This document shows positions 56,539 through 64,000 of a stretch of DNA of 64,000 bases, one piece after another. The position numbers and the translations under genes were made by a program. Position 1 is the first letter of the stretch. Every line of letters begins with the position of its first letter. The stretch is taken from the NCBI GenBank assembly GCA_031370785.1, contig JANMQY010000084.1:310-64309 (forward strand). The letters run 5' to 3'. The stretch comes from Candidatus Eiseniibacteriota bacterium (lineage in GTDB: Bacteria; Eisenbacteria; RBG-16-71-46). The notes beneath the pieces are model-generated. The model made no database searches, was not told the origin of the DNA, and worked only from the letters and a program-made list of their open reading frames with translations.

Positions 56539-57771
56539 ATGAGACCACGTCGTCGACGCCCGCGAGGACCGCGGCCGCCCCAGCCGGGCGGACCCCTTCC
56601 CGAAGGGCAGTCCACCGCACAGGCGCCCATGCCTGGCCAGCAGACTCAGCCCGGCCAGGGCCAGATTCAGGGTCAGGGCCAGGGCCAGCGCCGCCGCCGC
56701 CGCCGCTCGCGCGGCCCCCGTCCCCTGAACAACAGCGCCCCCCAGCCCTATGCCGGAAACGGGCAGCCTGCGGGAGCAAACCTCGGCCCGCGCAATCCCA
56801 ACGGCCAGGGCCAACGAAGGGGACGGCGAGGGCGGCAGGGAGGCCGAGCGGGCGGGGGCGAGAAGCACCGCGGACTCGAAGTCCTGCGCGAGATGCAGCA
56901 GATCGGCGCGGCCCTCGATCCCACCGAGCGTCTGATCCTCGAGTTACCGCCCGGGAAGGGCGATCCGCCGTACGGCGACCGGATCACCGGTCGCGCCATC
57001 GACCTCATCGCGCCGATCGGGCGCGGGCAACGCTGCCTGATCGTGTCGCCCCCCAAGGCGGGCAAGACCCGAATTCTTCAGAGCATTGCCGCCTCGATCG
57101 CATTCAATCATCCCGAGGTCGGCATCTACGCTCTGCTGGTGGACGAGCGCCCGGAGGAAGTGACCGACTTCCGCCGAAACACCCCTGCCGAAGTGATCGC
57201 CGCCTCGAGCGACATGAGCGTGGACGAGCACGTCGAGACCGCCGAGCGCGCGATGGAAACCGTCGCCGCCCAGGTGCTCGAGGGCAAGGATGTCGTGCTG
57301 CTGCTGGACTCGATCACACGCCTGGCGCGTGCCTACAACACCACCGCCGAGGGGAGCGGACGCACCCTCTCGGGCGGTCTCGATGCCGCGACCATGCAGG
57401 CGCCGCGGCAGATCTTCGGCGCCGCGCGCAAGATCGAGGGCGGCGGATCGCTCACGATCGTGGGCACTGCCCTGGTCGACACTGGTTCGCGCATGGACCA
57501 GGTCATCTTCGAGGAGTTCAAGGGCACCGGAAACATGGAGCTGGTGCTGTCGCGCGAACTGGCCGAGCGCCGCATCTACCCCGCGATCGACATCGCCAAG
57601 AGCGGCACACGCAAGGAAGAGAAGCTGTATCCGCCGGAGATCATCCCGCGCTTCCACCTGCTGCGCCGCGGACTCGCCGGGCTGCATCCGCAGGAGGCCA
57701 TGACCAAGCTGCTCGAGCTCCTGAACCGATGCAAGACCAACCAGGAGATCTTCGATCTGATCAAGGCCTGA
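56539..57771 (+). CDS. rho: transcription termination factor Rho, atypical (low-complexity N-terminus, no OB RNA-binding domain)
   Basis: IDLIAPIGRGQR, PPKAGKT, LVDERPEEVTD, LDSITRLARAYN, FEEFKGTGNME, SGTRKEE. Confidence 0.92.
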   Translation: MRPRRRRPRGPRPPQPGGPLPEGQSTAQAPMPGQQTQPGQGQIQGQGQGQRRRRRRSRGPRPLNNSAPQPYAGNGQPAGANLGPRNPNGQGQRRGRRGRQGGRAGGGEKHRGLEVLREMQQIGAALDPTERLILELPPGKGDPPYGDRITGRAIDLIAPIGRGQRCLIVSPPKAGKTRILQSIAASIAFNHPEVGIYALLVDERPEEVTDFRRNTPAEVIAASSDMSVDEHVETAERAMETVAAQVLEGKDVVLLLDSITRLARAYNTTAEGSGRTLSGGLDAATMQAPRQIFGAARKIEGGGSLTIVGTALVDTGSRMDQVIFEEFKGTGNMELVLSRELAERRIYPAIDIAKSGTRKEEKLYPPEIIPRFHLLRRGLAGLHPQEAMTKLLELLNRCKTNQEIFDLIKA

Positions 57772-57788
57772 GCCCTGGCCTTCCCCGA

Positions 57789-57837
57789 AAACGAAGATGC
57801 CGTCCGAAGCGCTGAGCCCCGGACGGCGTCTTCGTTT
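57789..57837. terminator. bidirectional intrinsic terminator between rho and efp
   Basis: AAACGAAGATGCCGTCCG / CGGACGGCGTCTTCGTTT. Confidence 0.75.
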
Positions 57838-57850
57838 CGGCGCCCGGGCC

Positions 57851-58408
57851 TCACACCCGCTCGACGAACTCCCCGGTGCGGGTGTCGATCTTCACCCGAT
57901 TGCCGCTCTCGATGTAGCTCGGCACCTTGATCTCGAGGCCGGTCTCCAGCACCGCGGGCTTGGCGGTGTTCTGCACCGCGGCGCCCTTGATGTTCGGGGT
58001 AGTGTCCTTGACCGTCAGCTCCACGAACATCGGGGGCTCGATGCCGACCACGCGACCCTCGAAGTAGTCCGCGAGCAGCATCATGCCGTCGGTCAGGTAG
58101 CCGGCGTTGTCGCCCAGCACGTCCTTCGAGAGCTCGATCATCTCGTACGACTCGGTGTTCATGAAGTGGAAGGTGTCGCCGGCGCGGTAGCTGAACTGCA
58201 GCTTGTGCTGCTCGAGATTCGCGCGCTCGACCTTGTCCTCGGACGAGAAGCGCTGTTCGGCGTTCGCGCCGTTCTCGATGTTCACCAGGCGGACCTGCAC
58301 GAAGCCGCGCAGATTGCCGGGGGTGCGATGGACCACGTTGGTCACGCGGTGCGGCTTGCCGTTGTGCAGGACCACGTTTCCGACCTTGAGCTGGGTTGCG
58401 ACGATCAC
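57851..58408 (-). CDS. efp: elongation factor P
   Basis: ATQLKVG..HRTPGNLRGFVQ..FMNTESYE..KPAVLETG..VPSYI..IDTRTGEFVER; GTG start after GAGGAG. Confidence 0.93.
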   Translation of the reverse strand: MIVATQLKVGNVVLHNGKPHRVTNVVHRTPGNLRGFVQVRLVNIENGANAEQRFSSEDKVERANLEQHKLQFSYRAGDTFHFMNTESYEMIELSKDVLGDNAGYLTDGMMLLADYFEGRVVGIEPPMFVELTVKDTTPNIKGAAVQNTAKPAVLETGLEIKVPSYIESGNRVKIDTRTGEFVERV

Positions 58409-58557
58409 TGGAGGCTCCTCGAGACGGGGGTGGCATTCGAAGGGGACCTTGAGCCCTTCGACGGGGCCTCCCCTGCTGCGTTGCGGCGCGAGATTGTGTC
58501 CCATGCGGCTGCCCGACCGCAACCGCGGCCTGCAGCCTCCAACCGCGCACTGCGGCT

Positions 58558-60492
58558 CTAGCGCGAGCGGTCCGCGGCGTCGTGGCGCGCGATGTCGGCC
58601 TGCATCTCTTCCAGCGAGCGCAGCACGCCGGCACGCATCACCCAGCGCACGCGCCTCAGGGCCTTGACGTCGCGGGTCGGGTCCGCGCCCACGATCAGAA
58701 GGTCGGCCTTCTTTCCCGGCTCGACCGTTCCGAATTCCCCGGCCCGCCCCATGGCGAGCGCACCTCCATGCGTCGAGGCCACGATCACCTCCATCGGCTT
58801 CATGCCGGCGCGCTGCATCGCCTCCATCTCGCCGTAGACCGAAGGGCCGTGCAGCGTGAGCGGGTTGCCGGCGTCGGTGCCCATCGCGATCGGGATGCCC
58901 GCGCGGCGGGCGACGAGAAGATTGGCGCCGACCATGCGCTCGAGGCTGTCGAGCCTGCTCTGCCGCGCCAGCGCGCGACTCGCGAAGCTGCCGCGCGCCG
59001 CGCCCGGCGTGCTCGCGACCCTGGCGAGGGTGCGCGCGTCCACTACGTGATTCGGATCGTCCACTGCCGGCGGGTCGCCACCCGCGGCGCGATAAAGATG
59101 CGAATAGCCCTCGAGCACGGTGATGGTCGGGCAGTAGATCGTCCGGCTCGCCTTCGCCAGCGCCAGGAACTCCGCATCGAGCGGCAGATCGGCGACGCCG
59201 TGCACCAGCACCTTCGCGCCGGCACGCAGCGCGGCCTTTGCCTCCTTGAGCCCGGTCGCGTGCACGATCAGGGGCAGACCCAGGCGACGCGCCTCGTCTC
59301 CCGCCGCCATCACGGCCCGCACCGACGCCTCGAAGTCGATTTCCGGGCGCAGGATGAACCAGATCTTGACCGCCGATGCCCCGAGCGTCTCGAGGTAGCG
59401 AACTCCCTCGCGCGCCGCGGTCGTGTCCCGCAGATGAATGAACTGCTTCTCGGCCGGAAGCCCCAGCCAGAAATCCAGAGTCGAGAGCAGCGGCCCGGCC
59501 GCGATCACGCGTGGCGCGGCGGGATCGTCGCGGGTCGCCTGCTGGAGTGCGAGCGTCCACGGATAGCCGCCCACGTCGAACACACTGGTCACGCCGCTGG
59601 CCAGAAAGGCGCGGTGGAAAACGTCCGGATGCTCGCGCAGCCGTTGCTCGACCTCGGCGTAGGGATAATGGTCGCGCACGTCCATCGCATCGGGGCGGCC
59701 GTCGGCCCAGCCGGTCTGCGAATAGTGAACGTGGGCGTCGATGAGCCCGGGCAGCAGCCAGCAGCCGCGCGCATCCACCGTGTCCATGCCGGCCGGCACC
59801 CGCACCCGCGAGCGCGGCCCGCGAGATTCGATCCTGCCGTCCCGCACGATCACGACCGCATCGCGCACCGGAGTTCGGCCGGTGCCATCCACCAGCGTGG
59901 CCCCGACGATCGCGAGCGGCGGGGGCGGCGTCCCGGGTGGGGCCGGGAAGGCGGTCGAGACCGCGATCTTCCAGCCGTCCGGCGTCGCGAGGAACACGCG
60001 CTCGGACAGCCCCGACTGCTCGCTCGTCCCGAAACGCACGCGGTAGCGATAGGTCCCATAGACGACGCCGTCGCGCACCGGGACCAGCGCGAGATCGCGC
60101 GCCTCGAAGAAGTCCGGCCACTCGTCGCGCCCGGCGGAGGCCGCCAGCGAATCGTATCCGAGCAGGAAGCCGGCCGGTCCGGTGCGCGCGAGCTGGCGGC
60201 TGGCGAGATAGCAGGCCAGATACGCGTCGCGGTCGTGGCGGCGGATCGCGTCGAGGTTGGTCTCGAACACCCGCCGCGCCGCGGCCAGATCTGCACCCGG
60301 CTCCGCGCCCGAGGTGCGGACCGTGCCCGCGGTCAGGAGCGCGAAGGCGAGCAGGGCGGCGCGCAGGATCAGGGTCACGATCGCACCGGGCCGATCGGAG
60401 CCCGGTTCTCGAGAGTGGTTCCGTGGTCTGCCGGTCGTAAGCATCGGGTCGGGCTCCGCTCGCCCGGAGGACGAACCCCGGGGCCGGACCAT
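58558..60492 (-). CDS. secreted amidohydrolase with N-terminal SnoaL/NTF2-like domain
   Basis: LPGLIDAHVH, GVTSVFDVGG, IVHA, LVHG, MGTDAG, GKKADL; start may be GTG at 60378 (signal peptide). Confidence 0.85.
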   Translation of the reverse strand: MVRPRGSSSGRAEPDPMLTTGRPRNHSREPGSDRPGAIVTLILRAALLAFALLTAGTVRTSGAEPGADLAAARRVFETNLDAIRRHDRDAYLACYLASRQLARTGPAGFLLGYDSLAASAGRDEWPDFFEARDLALVPVRDGVVYGTYRYRVRFGTSEQSGLSERVFLATPDGWKIAVSTAFPAPPGTPPPPLAIVGATLVDGTGRTPVRDAVVIVRDGRIESRGPRSRVRVPAGMDTVDARGCWLLPGLIDAHVHYSQTGWADGRPDAMDVRDHYPYAEVEQRLREHPDVFHRAFLASGVTSVFDVGGYPWTLALQQATRDDPAAPRVIAAGPLLSTLDFWLGLPAEKQFIHLRDTTAAREGVRYLETLGASAVKIWFILRPEIDFEASVRAVMAAGDEARRLGLPLIVHATGLKEAKAALRAGAKVLVHGVADLPLDAEFLALAKASRTIYCPTITVLEGYSHLYRAAGGDPPAVDDPNHVVDARTLARVASTPGAARGSFASRALARQSRLDSLERMVGANLLVARRAGIPIAMGTDAGNPLTLHGPSVYGEMEAMQRAGMKPMEVIVASTHGGALAMGRAGEFGTVEPGKKADLLIVGADPTRDVKALRRVRWVMRAGVLRSLEEMQADIARHDAADRSR

Positions 60493-60526
60493 GGAAAGGC
60501 CCGGCCCCCTCGACTATTGAAGCGAA

Positions 60527-61195
60527 CTACGGCTTCGACTGCATCAGGGAGATGCCCACCCGCAGCACCAGGCCCGAATAGTCCTCGGTCTTGAGGCCCG
60601 AGGCCGAGACATCCTGGCCACCGATGGTGTCGATGTCGATGTCCGCCATGCGGTACCCGGCCGAGACGAATCCGGCGAACTCGGGCGCGAAAGCATAGTT
60701 TCCGGTGGCGCGAACCTGGCCGCCGACGCCCGAGCCCTTGATCTTGTTATTCGTGGTCGGGTCGTTCAGTTCGCCATTGAGGGTGTAATAGTCGCCCGAG
60801 ATGCCGAGCGCGAAGCTCATCGAGCCCTGCGCCGGGAACAGGTAGTCGATCGAGGCCCCGAACGAGTTCGCCTTGGGCTCGATCGAGACGCCCTGGTCTT
60901 CGCTCTTCTTGGGCATCACCATTTCGTAGTGGGCGCCGATCTCCCACTTGTCGTCGACGATCACGAACGGGCCGAGGCCGGCCGAGTAGCCGCTCGTGAT
61001 GTTGTCGAAGTTGGATCCACTGCCGGCGTTGCTGGCGTCGATGATGTCGTTCCAATCCTTCATGCTGTGGGTGTTGAACGCGCCGAACACATTGGCGCCC
61101 CAGCGCATGCCTGCCGCCGAGCTGACGCTGGCGGTAAGCGCGATGGTGGAAAGCGCGAGTGCGACGACAACGAACGAACGGACCTTGATGAACAT
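60527..61195 (-). CDS. outer-membrane beta-barrel protein (paralog A)
   Basis: signal peptide, alternating strands, AGYR, EDYSGLVLRVGISL. Confidence 0.8.
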   Translation of the reverse strand: MFIKVRSFVVVALALSTIALTASVSSAAGMRWGANVFGAFNTHSMKDWNDIIDASNAGSGSNFDNITSGYSAGLGPFVIVDDKWEIGAHYEMVMPKKSEDQGVSIEPKANSFGASIDYLFPAQGSMSFALGISGDYYTLNGELNDPTTNNKIKGSGVGGQVRATGNYAFAPEFAGFVSAGYRMADIDIDTIGGQDVSASGLKTEDYSGLVLRVGISLMQSKP

Positions 61196-61339
61196 CGTTC
61201 CCTCCTGAGGGGAGTTGGTGATGGGAAGCGGCCGCGGACCGATGAGGACCGAGGGCGGGCAGCCTAGCGCAGCCGGGCTGTATAGTCGAGCGCGCCCGCA
61301 AGTCAAAGCGATACAGAAGATTAGCGCGGCCCAACCTGA

Positions 61340-61388
61340 TTGGAAGAAAAAGAATGCGGGGCCGGCGCTCACTGACGCCGGCCCCGCA
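61340..61388 (-). terminator. intrinsic terminator
   Basis: TGCGGGGCCGGCG/CGCCGGCCCCGCA stem followed on minus strand by TTCTTTTTCTT. Confidence 0.8.
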
Positions 61389-61402
61389 GAAACGGTCCTG
61401 AA

Positions 61403-62077
61403 CTAGTTGTGGCTGGGCTGGTGGAACGAGATTCCGACCCGGGCGACGACGCCCGAATAGTCCTCGCTCTGAAGCGAAGATCCCGAGGTGCTCGCGCCGC
61501 CGACCGTGTCGATGTTGATGTTGGCGAGCCGGTAGCCCGCCGTGAGACTTCCCGAGAACATCGGGCTGAACGCGTAGTTGGTCATCCCCAGAAGCTGGCC
61601 GCCGACGCCAGAGCCTTCGATCTTGGCGCTGGTGGTCGTGTCCTCGACCTTGCCGGTCAGCGTCATGTAGTCCACCGCCCCGCCGAGCCCGAAGCTCATC
61701 GAGGTCTTCGAGGGGAACAGGTACATCGCCGAGACGCCGAACGCGTTTGAGGAAGGCTTGAGGCTCTGGCCGGTGGTTGCGTCTTCCGACTTCTTGCCCA
61801 TCAGCATCTCGAAGTGCGCCCCGAGCTGCCAGGTGCCATTGACGGTGAGCGTCGGACCAAGGCCGAATGAGTATCCGCTGTTGACCTTGTCGAAGGTGCT
61901 GCCGCCGGCGTTGGCCGCATCGATCGCGTCGTTCCAATCACCCATCTTGAAGGTGTCGAAACCACCGAAGACCTGGCCGCCCCAGCTCATGCTGGCGGCC
62001 GATCCGTTCGATGCGAGGCCTGAAGTGATGACCATCGCGAGCGCGACGATCGTGAGGATGCGGGGAATGCGGACCAT
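61403..62077 (-). CDS. outer-membrane beta-barrel protein (paralog B)
   Basis: clearly similar to 60527-61195 (M.DWND.IDA.NAG, GSGVGGQ, AGYR, EDYSG). Confidence 0.8.
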   Translation of the reverse strand: MVRIPRILTIVALAMVITSGLASNGSAASMSWGGQVFGGFDTFKMGDWNDAIDAANAGGSTFDKVNSGYSFGLGPTLTVNGTWQLGAHFEMLMGKKSEDATTGQSLKPSSNAFGVSAMYLFPSKTSMSFGLGGAVDYMTLTGKVEDTTTSAKIEGSGVGGQLLGMTNYAFSPMFSGSLTAGYRLANINIDTVGGASTSGSSLQSEDYSGVVARVGISFHQPSHN

Positions 62078-62327
62078 GGTTTCCCTCCCTGGATCTAGAG
62101 ACTGGTGCGTGGGTCCTCGTGACCCACCGGACGGAAAGCTAACGCATCCACTCGCGCGAGTCGAGGGAGTGATTGCACCAGGCGAGCGCCTGCCCGAGGT
62201 CGCGCCGAGCCCCCGAAGACGAAGTCGAGCCACAGCTCACGTCGAATCACCGGCGCACCACCTGCCAACGAGACCGGCCCGGCCAGCCGAGGCCGGGCCC
62301 CCATCCTCGCTCAAAAAGTGAAGATAA

Positions 62328-64000
62328 CTACGGCGTGGCGGTCTCCGGCAGCGCGACCGGGCCGCGTGCTGCGGCCGGTGCGACATCGGCCTCCCGCGAG
62401 GCTTCCAGCGCGCGCTTGATCCGGGCGCGGGTCTCGAGAAAATGAGCGCGCGTGTAATCGCCGAGCGGGGTCTTGGCCGCCAGCGCCTGCGAGATGCGCC
62501 CGTCGATCCGCACCAGTTGCAGCCGGCTGAGGGCGCGGGCGTCGTCCGGCGCTCCGCTGACGCTGCCCAGCATCAGGGCGGTCAGCTTGTCGACGTAGGC
62601 CCGCTGCACGTCGCGCCGGGTCCCCGGACCATCGAGCGCCTTGATCGCGACCGGCGTTGCGCCGCCCACCTCGCCCCATAGCGAGCGGGTCAGACGGTCG
62701 AACAGCTCGCTCATGCGGAAGGGTTCGGTGGCGTGCGACTCGCCCTCGCGCAGGCGCGAGAGCAGATTCGGCGACAGGAGGGCGCCCAGCAGCGCGTTCT
62801 GGATCGAGAACACGCGGTCGTTGAAGTTGTAGTCGAGACGGACCGGGCCGTTGAAACCGTTCTGCACTCCCCAGTGGCTCCAGCGGTCCTGCGCCATGCG
62901 GTTGAGCATCGAGGGGGGTAGCGAGAAGGCATCTGCCGCGAATGCGCGCTGCGAGAGAAACTCCAGCGCCTCGCGCTGGCGCGCTGTCGGCACCGGCACG
63001 AGTGGATCTTTCCCATCGGTCTGGCCGCGATGGTTGCGTGAGAAGTACTGGCCGCCGACGTATTTGACCGCGAGGCCCAGGGAGATGGCGTACTGCCCGA
63101 GCACGGTGTCCATCGCCCGGCGCAGCACCGGGTACTCGCCGTCCGGACCCACGATCCGCTCTTCGAAGCGCGGGTTCTTCCACAGGCTCGCGAGGTAGGC
63201 GGCGCGGTCCCTGGCGAATCCCAGCGGATCGTCTCCGAGATCCCAGATGTTGGTGCGCGGATCCAGCGCGTCGGCCGGATAGGTGTCTTCGTCGGTCGAG
63301 AACTCATGCCCTGGCCTGGTCGACTCGTCCGCCACGGCGCGGATGATCGCGTAGTCGCTCTCGGGATCCTTCGCCCCGGTCGGCATGTAGCCGTACCGGA
63401 TGTTCCACACGTCGCCGTCACCGACGGTGGACGAGTAGTACTCGCCCTGCTTGGAGCGGTCCGCCGAGATATTGGGCGACGCGTAGTCCATCACCGATGA
63501 GACCAGGCCGTGCTGGCCGGTCCACGCCGGGTCGTTGAGCCTGGCCAGAGGCGTCGCGGTGCTGGAGCGGAAATTGTGCCGCAGCCCGAGGGTATGCCCG
63601 ACCTCGTGCATGGTCGCCCAGATGATGGCCTTGCCGACATAGTCGATCGGCACCGGACCGCCGGGAGGCATCAGGCCGTCGAGGAGAAGACCGACGTGAA
63701 GCAGCCCACCCCCGTCGACCATGCCGGTCTGGGCGTCGCAGCGGAGATCCGGGTTCATGAACGCCGGCCACTGCGTGGTCTGCGGCATCACCTGCGCGCC
63801 AATCGCCTCGGGACCCGAGAAGCGGCGATAGCCGTTCCGGAAGCCCTGAATGAACGAGGCCTCGAACAGGATGTCGGCGTCCAGGATCTCCCCGGTGCGC
63901 GGATCGACCCGCGAGGGACCGATCGCGCCGAACGCCGGCTCGTTGGAGGTGATCCAGCGGATGGTGCTGTAGCGCACGTCCTCGGGGTCCCAGTCCGCAT
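62328..64000 (-). CDS. Met-zincin zinc metalloprotease (EcxA/DUF4953-like), 5'-truncated by window edge
   Basis: DPEDVRYSTIRW, DPRTGEILDAD, HEVGHTLGLRHNF, SSVMDY. Confidence 0.92.
   Translation of the reverse strand, partial: ADWDPEDVRYSTIRWITSNEPAFGAIGPSRVDPRTGEILDADILFEASFIQGFRNGYRRFSGPEAIGAQVMPQTTQWPAFMNPDLRCDAQTGMVDGGGLLHVGLLLDGLMPPGGPVPIDYVGKAIIWATMHEVGHTLGLRHNFRSSTATPLARLNDPAWTGQHGLVSSVMDYASPNISADRSKQGEYYSSTVGDGDVWNIRYGYMPTGAKDPESDYAIIRAVADESTRPGHEFSTDEDTYPADALDPRTNIWDLGDDPLGFARDRAAYLASLWKNPRFEERIVGPDGEYPVLRRAMDTVLGQYAISLGLAVKYVGGQYFSRNHRGQTDGKDPLVPVPTARQREALEFLSQRAFAADAFSLPPSMLNRMAQDRWSHWGVQNGFNGPVRLDYNFNDRVFSIQNALLGALLSPNLLSRLREGESHATEPFRMSELFDRLTRSLWGEVGGATPVAIKALDGPGTRRDVQRAYVDKLTALMLGSVSGAPDDARALSRLQLVRIDGRISQALAAKTPLGDYTRAHFLETRARIKRALEASREADVAPAAARGPVALPETATP

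Noticed and set aside
57851-60121. Apparent 756-aa EF-P fusion
   Set aside because: The upstream part is an off-frame read through the amidohydrolase; the real efp starts at GTG 58408 with its own RBS.
1-64000. tRNA, rRNA, CRISPR, IS/integrase, prophage or defence island
   Set aside because: No recognisable motifs, repeat-spacer arrays or compositional island by eye; tRNAscan and Rfam were not run.

Overview
High-GC bacterial chromosomal segment. The TWGRxK protein tails, lipoproteins and beta-barrel OMPs suggest a diderm such as Ca. Eisenbacteria or a relative; this taxonomic call is inference. It holds about 50 densely packed, mostly housekeeping or envelope CDSs: phzF-like, amidohydrolases, pabB/pabC, glgP, aroH-tyrA, bshB1-like, pbpG-like, lon, rlmD, pepA, an ABC exporter, nadE, a long greA, pduO, rho, efp, OMPs and a metalloprotease. 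I saw no rRNA, tRNA, CRISPR array or mobile element. Main signals: (1) two unrelated secreted proteins share a C-terminal STWGR[IL]KxIYR tail, a candidate uncharacterised sorting signal, and an identical-loop hairpin upstream; (2) a 1703-aa kinase-STAND-TPR-GAF-sigma54 activator is followed by UAS-like palindromes, a sigma54 promoter, a small secreted protein and degenerate AAA and REC mini-proteins; (3) a complete Tyr-Tyr leader-peptide attenuator precedes an AroH-TyrA fusion; (4) a Lon lacks its N-domain and has a degenerate Walker B and pore loop; (5) a Rho has its RNA-binding domain replaced by a Q/G/R-rich disordered region; (6) an orphan BoxB-like diiron protein is coupled to a GNAT; (7) a candidate sRNA lies upstream of nadE. 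Start codons were refined by eye where the ORF track over-extends.
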